From an uncultured Actinomycetes bacterium (lineage in GTDB: Bacteria > Actinomycetota > Actinomycetes > S36-B12 > CAIYMF01), in contig CAWJMG010000003.1 in the NCBI GenBank assembly GCA_963843975.1, forward strand, positions 90,001 to 122,000: a DNA stretch of 32,000 bases, in the 5' to 3' direction. Each line of letters begins with the position of its first letter. The stretch's first letter is position 1. Both the position numbers and the translations under genes were made by a program. Below the pieces are notes generated by a model. The model was not told where the DNA came from and did not search any database. It saw nothing but the letters and a program-made list of their open reading frames with translations. Positions 8,745 through 19,099 of the stretch are shown here, piece after piece.

Positions 8745-9923
8745 TCACCGGCCGATCATCACGCGCACGACCCTGTCGTCGCCGTCCACCGGGTCGCCTC
8801 TGCCGTCCCTGTTCGACGTCGTCAGCCACAGCGAGCCGTCCGGCGCGAGCTGCACGGTGCGCATCCGGCCCAGGGCGCCGTCGAGGGCGGCGACCGGCTC
8901 TCCCGCGGAGGACCCGTCGAGCGGCACCTGCCACACCCGTCGGCCACGCAGGGCGGCGACGTACGCGACGTCGTCCACGATCGCGAGGCCGCTCGGCGAG
9001 GCGTCCTCGGTGCGCCAGGTGACGACGGGGTCGATGTAGTCGGCGTTGCCGCCGCGGCCCTCGACGACCGGCCAACCGAAGTTGCCGCCCTTCGTGACGA
9101 GGTTGAGCTCGTCGAAGGTGTTCTGCCCGAACTCCGTGGCCCAGAGCCGGCCGCGCGAGTCGAACGCCAGGCCCTGGACGTTGCGGTGGCCGTACGACCA
9201 CACCGGCGAGCCGGGGAACGGGTTGTCGGCGGGGATCGAGCCGTCGAGGCTGATGCGCAGGATCTTGCCCGCGCGGGTGCCGAGGTCCTGCGCGCGCGGC
9301 CGGTCGCCGGAGTCGCCCGTGCCGATCCAGAGGTTGCCGTCGGGGCCGATCACGATGCGGCCGCCGTTGTGGATCGCGCCCGACGGGATGCCGTCGAGCA
9401 GGACGGTCGGCCGGCCGAGGCGGCCGTCCGCGTACGGCATCGACACGACGCGGTTGTCGCCCTCGACCGAGGTGAGGTAGGCGAGAACCGTCGCACCGTC
9501 GTCGGTGACCGCGAGTCCGAGGAGGCCGCCCTCGCCCTGGTCGGCGACGCCCGGGACCCGTCCTGCCGCCGTCGTGCGGCCGTCGGCGGCGACGCGGACG
9601 ACGTCGCCGCTGCGCCGCTGCGCCACGAGGGCGCTGCCGTCGGGGAGGAACGCGAGACCCCAGGGCACCTCGAGCCGTTCCGCCAGCACCTCGGGGCGGC
9701 CGAGCCCCGTCACCGTGCCGCGCACGGGGCCGGCGGAGGACGACGTGGGCGCGGGCCCGGTGGTGGTGCCGCCTGGCTCCGGCGACGAGGGGGCCGCCGA
9801 CGTGGTGGGCGGGACGATGCCGGCTCCGGAAGGGTCCGAGCAGCCCGCGAGCAGAAGGCCCGCGGCGATCGCGGCAGCGGTCGCGGTTCCGCGGCGGGTA
9901 GGTCGACGTCCAACGGTCTCCAT
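8745..9923 (-). CDS. PQQ-dependent sugar dehydrogenase (soluble glucose/sorbosone dehydrogenase family) lipoprotein
   Basis: Beta-propeller motifs PWGLAFLPDGS, HNGGRIVIGPDGNLWIGTGD, AGKILRISLDGSIPADNPF, SYGHRNVQGLAFD, ELNLVTKGGNFGWP. The N-terminus RRPTRRGTATAAAIAAGLLLAGCS has a lipobox. Confidence 0.8.
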   Translation of the reverse strand: METVGRRPTRRGTATAAAIAAGLLLAGCSDPSGAGIVPPTTSAAPSSPEPGGTTTGPAPTSSSAGPVRGTVTGLGRPEVLAERLEVPWGLAFLPDGSALVAQRRSGDVVRVAADGRTTAAGRVPGVADQGEGGLLGLAVTDDGATVLAYLTSVEGDNRVVSMPYADGRLGRPTVLLDGIPSGAIHNGGRIVIGPDGNLWIGTGDSGDRPRAQDLGTRAGKILRISLDGSIPADNPFPGSPVWSYGHRNVQGLAFDSRGRLWATEFGQNTFDELNLVTKGGNFGWPVVEGRGGNADYIDPVVTWRTEDASPSGLAIVDDVAYVAALRGRRVWQVPLDGSSAGEPVAALDGALGRMRTVQLAPDGSLWLTTSNRDGRGDPVDGDDRVVRVMIGR

Positions 9924-9977
9924 CCGACGACGCTACGTCGGTGCGGCCGATCCGGCAGCCGCGGCGGCCCCGATCCG

Positions 9978-10550
9978 TCACGGTGCTCCAGGGAGCAGCG
10001 TCGGACGGCCGGGCCGGATCAGTCGCATCGGGTCGAGGTAGCCCTCACCACGGAGCAGCCCCCAGTGCAGGCACGACGGCAGCTCCCCGCAGTGGCCCGC
10101 GCCCTCGTGCACCCGCCCGATCACCTGGCCCCCGTCGACGACGTCGCCGACGCCCACCTCGGGTGCGACCGGCTCGTACGTCGTGCGGCGGCCGTCGTCA
10201 TGCAGCACGGTGACGACGCCGCGACCCCCCACCGGGCCGGCGAACACGACCACGCCAGGGCCGGCGGCGCGCACGGCGTCGCCGCCGAAGGCGAGAAGGT
10301 CGACGCCGCGGTGGCCGGGCAACCAGTCGTGCGCCGGCGGGTCGAACGGATCGACCACCAGGAGGGGCCCATCGAGCGGGGCCGTCCAGAGGGGAGCCCC
10401 GACGGTCACGGCGGGGGTGTCCGTGGCCGTCGGGGCGGCGAGTGCGGGCGGGCCCGGGAGGGGCGTCGGCCCGAGCGCGGTGGTGAGCGCGGTGAGGACG
10501 GAGGCGACGGCGGACGCGAGCGGCGTCAGGCCGGAGTCGAGGATGAGCAC
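9978..10550 (-). CDS. M23 family metallopeptidase (start uncertain)
   Basis: HRGVDL...GPGVVVFAGPVGGRGVVTVLHDDGRRTTYEPV...GQVIGRV...LHWGL matches the M23 LytM-type pattern. The frame is open up to 10751, but that ATG falls inside the structured leader. The GTG at 10550 has GAGGG upstream; the GTG at 10586 is another option. Confidence 0.65.
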   Translation of the reverse strand: MLILDSGLTPLASAVASVLTALTTALGPTPLPGPPALAAPTATDTPAVTVGAPLWTAPLDGPLLVVDPFDPPAHDWLPGHRGVDLLAFGGDAVRAAGPGVVVFAGPVGGRGVVTVLHDDGRRTTYEPVAPEVGVGDVVDGGQVIGRVHEGAGHCGELPSCLHWGLLRGEGYLDPMRLIRPGRPTLLPGAP

Positions 10551-10716
10551 GGGCCGACCCTCGGGTGCGGCGGCCGCGGAGGGCACCGAGGCCGGGGACC
10601 GGCTGGGGACGACGGGCCGTGGAGCCGGCCTGTGGACGGCCCGTCGGAAGGGTGCCCGAGGCCTCCGACCTGCGATTTCGGCTCTCGGGGGGTCTGCCCG
10701 TAGACTGCCCCCTGCA

Positions 10717-10826
10717 GCTCGCCTCGGCGGGCTGACATCGCACGCCCGCATCCCGGCCCCAGGGCCGGCGGAGCACCCTCGGTCCGGTTCGTCCGGAGGG
10801 GTCCCTCCGGCGGGAGTCAGGCGCTC
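10717..10826 (-). promoter_or_regulatory. candidate c-di-AMP (ydaO/yuaA-class) riboswitch aptamer in the M23 peptidase leader
   Basis: The minus-strand RNA reads GAGCGCC-UGACUCC-CGCCGGAGGGACCCC-[UCCGG ACGAA CCGGA]-CCGAGGGUGCUCC-[CCGGCCC UG GGGCCGG]-GAUGCGGGCGUGCGAUGUCAGCCCGCCGAGGCGAGC. The order and content of the blocks resemble, from memory, class consensus blocks CGCUNAAUC / ACGGRGGAACC / GGGGUGAAUCC / GYCAGCUAACC. No covariance model was run. Confidence 0.4.
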
Positions 10827-10915
10827 CGACGACCGTCGGGGCGGACAACCGAGTGGCGCTGCCGCGTCGCGGGCCTGCCCGCGCGCCTCGGCGCCTGAGA
10901 AGGAGCGACCCGGCC

Positions 10916-11824
10916 ATGGCCGTCGTCACCATGAAGCAGCTGCTCGAGAGCGGCGTGCACTTCGGGCACCAGACCCGCCGTTGGAACCCGAAGATGAAGC
11001 GATTCATCTTCAACGAGCGCAACGGCATCTACATCATCGACCTGCAGCAGTCGCTGACCTACATCGACCGGGCCTACGAGTTCGTGCGCGAGACCGTCTC
11101 GCACGGCGGCTCGATCATGTTCATCGGCACCAAGCGCCAGGCGCAGGAGCCGGTGGCCCAGCAGGCCACCCGCGTGGGCATGCCCTACGTCAACCAGCGC
11201 TGGCTCGGCGGCATGCTGACCAACTTCTCGACCGTCTTCAAGCGCATCCAGCGCCTGAAGGAGCTCGAGCTGATCGACTACGACGACGTCGCCGGCTCCG
11301 GTCTCACCAAGAAGGAGCTGCTCGTCCTGCGTCGCGAGAAGGACAAGCTCGAGAAGACCCTCGGCGGCATCCGCGACATGACGAAGGTCCCCTCCGCGGT
11401 GTGGATCGTCGACACCAACAAGGAGCACATCGCCGTCGCCGAGGCCAAGAAGCTCAACATCCCGGTCGTCGCGATCCTCGACTCCAACTGCGACCCGGAC
11501 GTCGTCGACTTCCCGATCCCGGGCAACGACGACGCCATCCGCGCCGTCTCGCTGCTCACCCGCGTGATCGCCGACGCTGTCGCTGACGGCCTCATGGCCC
11601 GTGCCGGCCGCGGTGGCGCCGTCGCCGAGGCCGCTGCGGCCGAGGGCGTCGTCGCCGTCGACGAGCCGCTCGCCGACTGGGAGACCGCGCTGCTCGCCGG
11701 CAACGACTCCCCGGTCGAGGTGCCCACCAGCGCCGCCGAGGAGGTGGCCATCGAGGTCGCCGCCGAGACGCCCGCTGCTGAGGTCGTCGCCGAGGCCACC
11801 GAGGCCCCGGCCGAGCAGGCCTGA
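10916..11824 (+). CDS. rpsB: 30S ribosomal protein S2
   Basis: [27 protein letters not shown]... The ATG at 10916 is preceded by GAAGGAG. An Ala/Glu-rich C-terminal tail is typical of actinobacterial S2. Confidence 0.95.
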   Translation: MAVVTMKQLLESGVHFGHQTRRWNPKMKRFIFNERNGIYIIDLQQSLTYIDRAYEFVRETVSHGGSIMFIGTKRQAQEPVAQQATRVGMPYVNQRWLGGMLTNFSTVFKRIQRLKELELIDYDDVAGSGLTKKELLVLRREKDKLEKTLGGIRDMTKVPSAVWIVDTNKEHIAVAEAKKLNIPVVAILDSNCDPDVVDFPIPGNDDAIRAVSLLTRVIADAVADGLMARAGRGGAVAEAAAAEGVVAVDEPLADWETALLAGNDSPVEVPTSAAEEVAIEVAAETPAAEVVAEATEAPAEQA

Positions 11825-11954
11825 CCCGCCGCGCAGCCTCGCTGCGCGACCGCTCGATCCGGCCTGCGGCCTGGGTCTGCCTCACCGGCAGGCCTGGGCC
11901 GCAGCCGCGAGAAGCCCCCACGTGAACACCACCCCATGAGAGAGAGCCAACGCC

Positions 11955-12767
11955 ATGGCCGACGTCACTGCTGCTGACGTGAAGAAGCTCCGCGACATCA
12001 CCGGCGCGGGGATGATGGAGTGCAAGAAGGCCCTCGTCGAGAACGACGGCGACTTCGAGAAGGCCGCCGAGGCCCTGCGCGTCAAGGGTGCCGCCAAGGC
12101 GGCCGCCCGTGGCGCCGAGCGCGACGCCAGCAACGGCCTCGTCGTCACCAAGGACGGCGCCCTCGTCGAGCTGCGCGCCGAGACCGACTTCGTCGCCAAG
12201 AACGCCGACTTCCAGGCCCTTGCCGAGAAGGTCGTCGCCAAGGCCGCCGAGATCAAGGCCGACAGCACCGAGGCGCTCGCCGCCGCGGAGCTCGACGGCA
12301 AGACCGTCGCCGAGACGATCACCGAGCTCGCCGCCACCATCGGCGAGAAGCTCGAGCTCGGCCGCGTCGCCTTCCTCGAGGGCACCATCGCGACCTACAT
12401 GCACAAGCGTGCCGCCGACCTGCCCGCGCAGGTGGGCGTGCTCGTGGCCTACACCGGCTCCGAGGACGCCGCCCGCTCCGCCGCGATGCAGGTCGCCGCC
12501 ATGCGCGCGTCGTACCTCACCCGCGACGAGGTCCCGGCCGACGTGGTCGAGACCGAGCGCCGCGTGGCGGAGGCCAAGGCCAAGGAGGAGGGCAAGCCCG
12601 AGGCTGCCCTCCCGAAGATCATCGAGGGCCGGGTGAACTCCTTCTTCAAGGACAACGTCCTGCTCGAGCAGGAGTCGGTCGTCGAGGCCAAGAAGTCCGT
12701 GAAGGACGTCCTGGACGCCGCCGGCACCTCGATCAGCCGCTTCGTGCGGTTCGAGATCGGCGCCTGA
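11955..12767 (+). CDS. tsf: translation elongation factor Ts
   Basis: N-terminal UBA-like [34 protein letters not shown]. Follows rpsB. Confidence 0.95.
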   Translation: MADVTAADVKKLRDITGAGMMECKKALVENDGDFEKAAEALRVKGAAKAAARGAERDASNGLVVTKDGALVELRAETDFVAKNADFQALAEKVVAKAAEIKADSTEALAAAELDGKTVAETITELAATIGEKLELGRVAFLEGTIATYMHKRAADLPAQVGVLVAYTGSEDAARSAAMQVAAMRASYLTRDEVPADVVETERRVAEAKAKEEGKPEAALPKIIEGRVNSFFKDNVLLEQESVVEAKKSVKDVLDAAGTSISRFVRFEIGA

Positions 12768-12838
12768 CCCTCCTCGCCGGTCTGCCCTTGGCAGACTGAC
12801 GCCGGAGAACCGCTAACGAGCTGACGGAGGCCGCTGTC

Positions 12839-13660
12839 GTGGACGGAAACACTGCCGATGCAGGATCCACCCCGACGGCGGCCTCCGGCACGTCCGGGGC
12901 CGTGCAGCCGTCGCTCGACGGCACGCTCGACACCTGGCCGGGGGTGCCCGAGGGCGGCTACGGCCGGGTGCTGCTGAAGCTGTCCGGCGAGGCGTTCGCC
13001 GGCGGGGGAGCGCTCGGCGTCGACCCCGACGTCGTGCAGGCCATCGCCCGGCAGATCGCGGCCGTGGTGCGCAGCGGCACGCAGGTGGCCGTGGTCATCG
13101 GCGGCGGCAACTTCTTCCGCGGCGCGCAGCTCAACGAGCGCGGCATGGACCGTTCTCGCGCCGACTACATGGGCATGCTCGGCACGGTCATGAACTGCCT
13201 CGCGCTGCAGGACTTCTGCGACCGCCAGGGTGTCGAGACCCGCGTGCAGACCTCGATCTCGATGGGCCAGGTCGCGGAGCCGTACGTCCCGCGCCGCGCG
13301 ATCCGCCACCTCGAGAAGGGCCGCGTCGTCATCTTCGGCGCCGGCCTCGGGGCGCCGTACTTCTCCACCGACACCGCGGCCGCGCAGCGCGCTCTGGAGA
13401 TCGGGTGCGAGGTCGTTCTCATGGCCAAGGGCGTCGACGGCGTGTACGACGACGACCCGCGCGCCAATCCGGACGCCAAGCGGTTCGAGACGCTCACTCA
13501 CGCGGAGGTGCTCGCCCGCGGCCTGAAGGTCGCCGACGCCACCGCCATCAGCCTGACGCAGGACAACAACCTGCCGATCATCGTGTTCAACCTGCTCGTC
13601 GAGGGCAACATCGCCCGCGCCGTCCGGGGTGAGAGGATCGGCACGCTCGTCGCCAGCTGA
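12839..13660 (+). CDS. pyrH: UMP kinase
   Basis: [35 protein letters not shown] and [12 protein letters not shown] motifs. The 5' end is uncertain; the GTG at 12839 gives a roughly 35-aa N-terminal extension. Confidence 0.9.
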   Translation: MDGNTADAGSTPTAASGTSGAVQPSLDGTLDTWPGVPEGGYGRVLLKLSGEAFAGGGALGVDPDVVQAIARQIAAVVRSGTQVAVVIGGGNFFRGAQLNERGMDRSRADYMGMLGTVMNCLALQDFCDRQGVETRVQTSISMGQVAEPYVPRRAIRHLEKGRVVIFGAGLGAPYFSTDTAAAQRALEIGCEVVLMAKGVDGVYDDDPRANPDAKRFETLTHAEVLARGLKVADATAISLTQDNNLPIIVFNLLVEGNIARAVRGERIGTLVAS

Positions 13661-13720
13661 CCGCAGCATCTGCGGACGCCGTACGACGAACGACCCAGGA
13701 CAGACGACGAGGAGCCACCA

Positions 13721-14278
13721 GTGATCGACGAGACCATGCTCGAGGCCGAGGAGAAGCTGGAGAAGGCCGTCGGTGTCGCGAAGGAGGACTTCGCGGGGAT
13801 CCGGACCGGCCGGGCCACGGCCAAGATGTTCGACAAGATCACCGCGGAGTACTACGGCTCGCAGACCCCGGTGACCCAGATGGCCGGCTTCGCCGTGCCC
13901 GAGGCCCGCCTCGTGGTCATCACGCCCTACGACAAGGGCTCGATGACGGCGATCGAGAAGGCGATCCGCGACTCCGATCTCGGCGTCAACCCGACCAACG
14001 ACGGCATCGTCATCCGAGTGGCCTTCCCGCAGCTCACCGAGGAGCGCCGCCGCGACTACATCAAGGTCGCGCGCACCAAGGCCGAGGACGCCCGCATCTC
14101 CATGCGCAACATCCGCCGCCACGCCAAGGACACCCTCGACAAGCTCATGAAGGACGGCGATGTCGGCGAGGACGAGGTGCGCCGCGCCGAGAAGTCCCTC
14201 GACGAGATCACGCACAAGTACGTCGCGCAGATCGACGAGCTCCTGAAGCACAAGGAGGCCGAGCTGCTCGAGGTCTGA
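13721..14278 (+). CDS. frr: ribosome recycling factor
   Basis: 185 aa with [35 protein letters not shown] and RNIRRHA. Follows pyrH. Confidence 0.95.
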   Translation: MIDETMLEAEEKLEKAVGVAKEDFAGIRTGRATAKMFDKITAEYYGSQTPVTQMAGFAVPEARLVVITPYDKGSMTAIEKAIRDSDLGVNPTNDGIVIRVAFPQLTEERRRDYIKVARTKAEDARISMRNIRRHAKDTLDKLMKDGDVGEDEVRRAEKSLDEITHKYVAQIDELLKHKEAELLEV

Positions 14279-14300
14279 GACCTCCCGCAGCCAACCTCCC

Positions 14301-15149
14301 ATGACCGACGCGACCGCCACCCCGCAGCCGGCCCCTCACGGGCGCGCCGGCCGCAACCTGGCGGCGGCGATCGGGATGGGGCTCGTCCTCGGCATCGGCC
14401 TCGTGCTGCTGCCGGTGCTCTACCTGCCCTGGTTCTTCTCCGTCGTCGTGTCGGTCGCGATGGCCGTCGCGGCCTGGGAGCTCGCAGGCGCGATGGCCCA
14501 GAAGGGCATCCACGTCGAGCGGTTGGCCGTCTACGCCGGCGCGCTCGCGATGCCGCAGGCGGCGTACTGGTGGGGCGTGCAGCCCCTCATGGGCGTGTTC
14601 GGAGCGACCGTCCTCGCCAGCATGGGCCTGCGACTGCTGCGTGGCCCCGACGGGTACGTGGTCGACGTGTCCGCGTCCGCGCTCGTCGCGGCGTACACCG
14701 GGCTCATGGGCGGCTTCGCCGGTCTCGTGCTCGCGTCGTCGCAGGGCGGCGACCGTGTCATCACGATCGTGGTGCTGACGATCTGCAGCGACATCGGCGG
14801 ATACATCTTCGGAGTGCTGCTCGGTCGGCATCCGATGGCGCCCAAGATATCGCCGAAGAAGTCCTGGGAGGGCTTCGCCGGGTCGCTGCTGTTCCAGGCC
14901 GTCGCGGGCGTGCTGCTGTTCGTCTACCTGCTCGAGGCGCCGTGGTGGCAGGGGCTCGTCACCGGCCTGGTGCTGACGTTCGTCGCGACCGCGGGCGACT
15001 TCGTCGAGTCGGCCATCAAGCGCGATCTCGGCGTCAAGGACATGAGCAACCTCATCCCCGGTCACGGGGGCCTCATGGACAGGCTCGACTCGCTCCTGCC
15101 CAACATCTTCGTGGGCTGGCTGCTCCTCCTGATCTTCCTCGGAGCCTGA
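14301..15149 (+). CDS. cdsA: phosphatidate cytidylyltransferase
   Basis: Polytopic membrane protein with the C-terminal CDS signature [41 protein letters not shown]. Confidence 0.9.
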   Translation: MTDATATPQPAPHGRAGRNLAAAIGMGLVLGIGLVLLPVLYLPWFFSVVVSVAMAVAAWELAGAMAQKGIHVERLAVYAGALAMPQAAYWWGVQPLMGVFGATVLASMGLRLLRGPDGYVVDVSASALVAAYTGLMGGFAGLVLASSQGGDRVITIVVLTICSDIGGYIFGVLLGRHPMAPKISPKKSWEGFAGSLLFQAVAGVLLFVYLLEAPWWQGLVTGLVLTFVATAGDFVESAIKRDLGVKDMSNLIPGHGGLMDRLDSLLPNIFVGWLLLLIFLGA

Positions 15150-15183
15150 CGGGGTTTCGCCGCATGCGCGGCCGCGTGCGACG

Positions 15184-16323
15184 ATGGACGACGTCATGAC
15201 CCAGGATCTCGAGGCCCCGCGCACGCCGAAGCCCGGCGAGCTCACGTTCGACGCGCCGCGCCGCGGCAAGCCGCCGCGCCACCTCGCCGACATGACGTCC
15301 GCCGAGCGCCGCGAGGCGGTCGCAGCCCTCGGGCTCCCGGCCTTCCGCGCCGACCAGGTGAGCCGCCACTACTTCTCCCGGCTCGACGCCGACCCCGAGG
15401 GCTGGACCGACGTGCCGGCCGCGCAGCGTGCCGACATCGCGAAGGTGCTGACTCCGACCCTCATGACGCCCGTCCGCGAGATGACGGCCGACGCCGGCAC
15501 CACACGCAAGACGCTGTGGCGCCTGCACGACGGCGCACTCGTCGAGAGCGTGCTCATGCGCTACACCGACCGCGTCACGATGTGCGTGTCGAGCCAGGCC
15601 GGCTGCGGCATGAACTGCCCGTTCTGCGCCACCGGCCAGGCCGGGCTCACCCGCAACATGAGCACCGCCGAGATCGTCGAGCAGGTCGTGTCCGGCGCTC
15701 GCCAGCTCGCCGCGGGAGAGGTGCCCGGCGGCGAGGGCCGCGTCAGCAACGTGGTCTTCATGGGCATGGGCGAGCCGCTCGCCAACTACAACGCCGTCGT
15801 CGGCGCGCTGCACCGCCTCACCGACGAGTCGCCGGCCGGCCTCGGCATGTCCGCTCGTGGCATCACGGTCTCGACCGTCGGTCTCGTGCCGCGCATCCAG
15901 CAGCTCGCCGCCGAGGGTCTGCCTGTCACCCTCGCGCTCTCGCTGCACGCGCCCGACGACGAGCTGCGCGACACCCTCGTGCCGGTCAACACGCGCTGGA
16001 AGGTCGACGAGGTGCTCGCCGCCGCGTGGGACTACGCGCGCATCACCAAGCGGCGCGTCTCGATCGAGTACGCGCTCATCAAGGACATCAACGACCAGGC
16101 CTGGCGGGCCGAGCTGCTCGCCAAGCGCCTGCGCAACAAGCTCGTGCACGTCAACCTCATCCCACTCAACCCCACACCGGGGTCGAAGTGGACGGCATCG
16201 CGACCCGAGGACGAGCGGGAGTTCGTACGCCGCCTCCGCGCCGGCGGCGTCGCCGTGACTGTGCGCGACACCCGCGGCCGCGAGATCGACGGCGCCTGCG
16301 GCCAGCTCGCCGCCGCCGAGTAG
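15184..16323 (+). CDS. rlmN: 23S rRNA (adenine2503-C2)-methyltransferase, radical SAM
   Basis: [19 protein letters not shown] radical-SAM cluster motif, plus GMGEPLANY and the C-terminal GACGQL. Conserved position after cdsA. Confidence 0.9.
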   Translation: MDDVMTQDLEAPRTPKPGELTFDAPRRGKPPRHLADMTSAERREAVAALGLPAFRADQVSRHYFSRLDADPEGWTDVPAAQRADIAKVLTPTLMTPVREMTADAGTTRKTLWRLHDGALVESVLMRYTDRVTMCVSSQAGCGMNCPFCATGQAGLTRNMSTAEIVEQVVSGARQLAAGEVPGGEGRVSNVVFMGMGEPLANYNAVVGALHRLTDESPAGLGMSARGITVSTVGLVPRIQQLAAEGLPVTLALSLHAPDDELRDTLVPVNTRWKVDEVLAAAWDYARITKRRVSIEYALIKDINDQAWRAELLAKRLRNKLVHVNLIPLNPTPGSKWTASRPEDEREFVRRLRAGGVAVTVRDTRGREIDGACGQLAAAE

Positions 16324-16464
16324 CGCCGACCGCTCGGCGCAGGCGTCCTCGCCCTCGGCGCACCGCCCGGAACACGTCCTGACACGCTGCAGGCACGTCC
16401 GCGATGCTGGCCGTGTCTGCTCCGGGCTCCGGCTGCCCGCGGCGTACGAGGAGGTAGGTCGACG

Positions 16465-18360
16465 ATGACCCAGACGTCCGGCACGGGTGCGTACCAGCGC
16501 GAGCGCGACCGCAGCATCGACGACCCCGAGGGCTTCTGGCGCGACGCCGCCTCGGCGATCGACTGGGACGTCGAGCCCCCGGTCGTCCTCGACAGGTCCG
16601 ATGCGCCGTACTACCGCTGGTTCACGGGCGGTCGGCTCAACACCTGCTTCAACGCCCTCGACCGGCACGTGCTCGCGGGTCACGGCGAGCGGCTCGCGCT
16701 CGTCTACGACAGCCCTGTCACCGGCACGGCGGACACGTACACCTACGCCCGCCTGCTCGAGGAGGTCGCCACCTTCGCCGGGGTGCTGCGCGGCCTCGGA
16801 GTCGAGAAGGGCGACCGCGTCCTGCTCTACATGCCGATGGTGCCCGAGGCCGTGATCGCGATGCTCGCGACCGCACGGCTCGGCGCCGTGCACTCCGTGG
16901 TGTTCGGCGGGTTCGCACCGCACGAGCTCGCCATCCGCATCGACGACGCGACGCCGAAGGTGGTCGTGTCGGCGTCCTGCGGCATCGAGCCGGGCCGCGT
17001 CGTGGAGTACAAGCCGATGCTCGACCGCGCTCTCGAGGCCGCAGACCACAAGGTCGACGCCACCGTGATCCTCCAGCGCCCGCAGGCGGTCGCGGAGATG
17101 GGCGAGCGCGACCACGACTGGCGCGAGCTCGTCGCCTCCGCCGAGCCGGCCGACTGCGTCAGCGTCGACGCGACAGACCCCCTCTATGTCCTCTACACGT
17201 CAGGGACGACGGGCAAGCCCAAGGGCATCGTGCGCGACAACGGCGGCCACGCCGTCGCGCTCGCGTGGTCGATGCGCAACGTCTACGACATCGGCCCGGG
17301 CGACGTGTTCTGGGCCGCCAGCGACGTCGGCTGGGTCGTCGGGCACTCGTACATCGTCTACGCGCCGCTCATCGCCGGAGCCACGACCGTCGTCTACGAG
17401 GGCAAGCCCGTGGGCACTCCGGACGCCAGCGCGTTCTGGCGCGTGATCGCGACGTACGGCGTGAAGGCGCTCTTCACGGCGCCGACGGCGTTCCGTGCGA
17501 TCAAGAAGGAGGACCCGACCGCCGCGATGCGCGAGGGCCACGACCTGGCGTCGCTGCAGACGCTCTTCCTCGCGGGTGAGCGGCTCGACCCTGACACCTA
17601 CCACTGGGCGAGCGACATCCTCGGCATCCCGGTGGTCGACAACTGGTGGCAGACCGAGACGGGCTGGCCCATCGCGGCGAACCCGCGCGGCCTCGAGACT
17701 CTGCCGATCAAGCCCGGTTCGCCGAGCGTGATCATGCCGGGGTACGACGTGCGCGTGCTCGACGAGCGCGGCCTGCCCGTGGAGCCGGGCCAGGAGGGCA
17801 ACATCTCGATCCGTCTGCCGCTGCCGCCCGGCACGCTGCCGACGCTCTGGAACGACGACAAGCGGTACGTCGACTCCTACCTCGCGGTCTTCAGCGGCTA
17901 CTACGCCACGGGTGACGGCGGCTACATCGACGAGGACGGCTACATCTTCGTGATGGGTCGCACCGACGACGTCATCAACGTCGCGGGGCACCGCCTCTCG
18001 ACCGGTTCGATGGAGGCGGTCGTCGCCAACCACCCGATGGTCGCGGAGTGCGCCGTCATCGGTGTGCACGACCAGCTCAAGGGCCAGATCCCGCGCGCGT
18101 TCGTGGTGCTGAAGTCCGGTGCCGAGGTCGACCCGAAGCAGCTCGAGAAGGAGATCGTCGCGTCGGTGCGCGACGAGATCGGGCCGGTCGCCGCGCTCAA
18201 GAGCGTCGTGATCGTGCCGGGGCTGCCCAAGACGCGCTCGGGCAAGATCCTGCGCCGCACGATGCGCGGCATCGCCGACGGCCGGCCCGAGGCTCCGCCG
18301 TCCACGATCGACGACATCAGCGTCCTCGACGTCCTGCGCCCCCTGCTCCAGGGCGACTGA
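16465..18360 (+). CDS. prpE: propionyl-CoA/acetyl-CoA synthetase family (AMP-forming acyl-CoA ligase)
   Basis: 631 aa. N-terminus DPEGFWRDAASAIDW..YYRWFTGGRLNTCFNALDRHV. AMP-binding motif LYTSGTTGKPKG, then YYATGDGGYIDEDGYIFVMGRTDDVINVAGHRLST and PKTRSGKILRR. Substrate preference is not decidable from sequence. Confidence 0.75.
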   Translation: MTQTSGTGAYQRERDRSIDDPEGFWRDAASAIDWDVEPPVVLDRSDAPYYRWFTGGRLNTCFNALDRHVLAGHGERLALVYDSPVTGTADTYTYARLLEEVATFAGVLRGLGVEKGDRVLLYMPMVPEAVIAMLATARLGAVHSVVFGGFAPHELAIRIDDATPKVVVSASCGIEPGRVVEYKPMLDRALEAADHKVDATVILQRPQAVAEMGERDHDWRELVASAEPADCVSVDATDPLYVLYTSGTTGKPKGIVRDNGGHAVALAWSMRNVYDIGPGDVFWAASDVGWVVGHSYIVYAPLIAGATTVVYEGKPVGTPDASAFWRVIATYGVKALFTAPTAFRAIKKEDPTAAMREGHDLASLQTLFLAGERLDPDTYHWASDILGIPVVDNWWQTETGWPIAANPRGLETLPIKPGSPSVIMPGYDVRVLDERGLPVEPGQEGNISIRLPLPPGTLPTLWNDDKRYVDSYLAVFSGYYATGDGGYIDEDGYIFVMGRTDDVINVAGHRLSTGSMEAVVANHPMVAECAVIGVHDQLKGQIPRAFVVLKSGAEVDPKQLEKEIVASVRDEIGPVAALKSVVIVPGLPKTRSGKILRRTMRGIADGRPEAPPSTIDDISVLDVLRPLLQGD

Positions 18361-18362
18361 CC

Positions 18363-18416
18363 CCGATTCGGTAGTGCTAGGGCGTCACCCGTGACGCCTT
18401 ACCACTACCGAATCGG
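18363..18416 (+). terminator. long near-perfect hairpin immediately after the acyl-CoA synthetase stop
   Basis: Outer arms CCGATTCGGTAGTG / CACTACCGAATCGG are a perfect 14 bp. The inner hairpin GGCGTCAC-CC-GTGACGCC is a perfect 8 bp, and the arms are nearly continuous. It starts 3 nt after the TGA. There is no U tract. Confidence 0.6.
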
Positions 18417-18461
18417 CTGGGGCGGCGAGCAGGAACGGAGAAGCGACCCGGCCGTCGTCCT

Positions 18462-18490
18462 GTGACAGTGGGGTGAGCGGTCACTAGGTT
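18462..18490 (+). promoter_or_regulatory. candidate sigma-70-type promoter for the orphan gene
   Basis: GTGACA, a 17-nt spacer, then TAGGTT (TAnnnT), about 45 nt upstream of the GTG at 18535. Pattern match only. Confidence 0.3.
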
Positions 18491-18534
18491 CTCTGTGGGC
18501 CGCGCCCGATCCGTTCTGCTTCTCGGAGGTTCCC

Positions 18535-19006
18535 GTGCCGCACGTCGTCGACTTCGTCACCGTCTCGACCGAGGGGCTCGAGTCGTCCCCGGTCGCGGAC
18601 GCTCTCGCCGGCCTCCGGGCGAACGAGGCCCGCTACTTCAAGAACAAGTACGACGTCGTCTTCACCACCGAGAAGGCGACCTCCGCGAAGGGCAAGCAGC
18701 TCGTCGCGTACGTCGCCAAGGTGCTGAAAGACGACCGCGACATCGTGTTCGCGTCCACGCCGCTCGAGGCCACCGAGATGCTCATCGACGGCGTGCGCTG
18801 GACGTATGTGTTCTACGAGTCGGGCCTGTCGGTCAACGTCCTGTACACGCTCGAGGACGCCGGCAAGCGCGCCGTGGGCTTCAAGCTTCTCCGACGGCAT
18901 GGAGGTGCCCGCGGAGCTCGAGACGAAGTTCAAGTTCGTGCGCCAGAAGTCCAAGCTCGCCGGCACGATCCGCGGCAGCTACTTCGTCATCAAGGGCGAG
19001 TACTGA
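18535..19006 (+). pseudogene. hypothetical protein (about 156 aa, no family recognised), frame broken by one extra base at 18886-18889
   Basis: GGAGG lies 6 nt before the GTG at 18535. The first frame reads MPHVVDFVTVSTEGLE...LYTLEDAGKRAVGFK. The +1 frame continues SDGMEVPAELETKFKFVRQKSKLAGTIRGSYFVIKGEY to a stop. Outside those portions each frame turns Arg/Ser/Pro-rich. GC3-rich codon use matches the host. Confidence 0.6.
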
Positions 19007-19010
19007 CGAC

Positions 19011-19062
19011 CGCAGCGGTAGTCGATTCGGAGGGTGTACAACGCGACTCGACTACCAGTGCG
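19011..19062. terminator. hairpin between the convergent orphan gene and gntR
   Basis: Arms GGTAGTCGATTCG / CGACTCGACTACC pair at 12 of 13 positions, with 4 further outer pairs. The loop contains the TGTACA palindrome. It lies 5 nt after the stop at 19006 and 38 nt from the gntR stop. Confidence 0.55.
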
Positions 19063-19099
19063 GCGTCTCGCAGTGCAGAGGCCGTGATTCGCCCAGTGG

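Noticed and set aside
10753-10839. Several short GC-only palindromes (CCGGCCC-CA-GGGCCGG, CCGGAGGG-GT-CCCTCCGG, CCGACG-AC-CGTCGG) considered as separate protein-binding sites or as an rpsB leader element.
   Set aside because: They have 2-nt loops and a GC-only composition, which is common by chance at this GC content. They are better explained collectively as stems of the minus-strand structured leader (the riboswitch candidate). I found no independent support for an rpsB regulatory role.
11825-11954. An imperfect hairpin (CGGCCTGCGGCCTGGG...CCTGGGCCGCAGCCG) in the rpsB-tsf spacer, considered as an attenuator or sRNA.
   Set aside because: The stem has several mismatches and matches no motif I recognise. 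It is probably just a partial terminator or processing site within the rpsB-tsf operon, so it is not reported as a feature.
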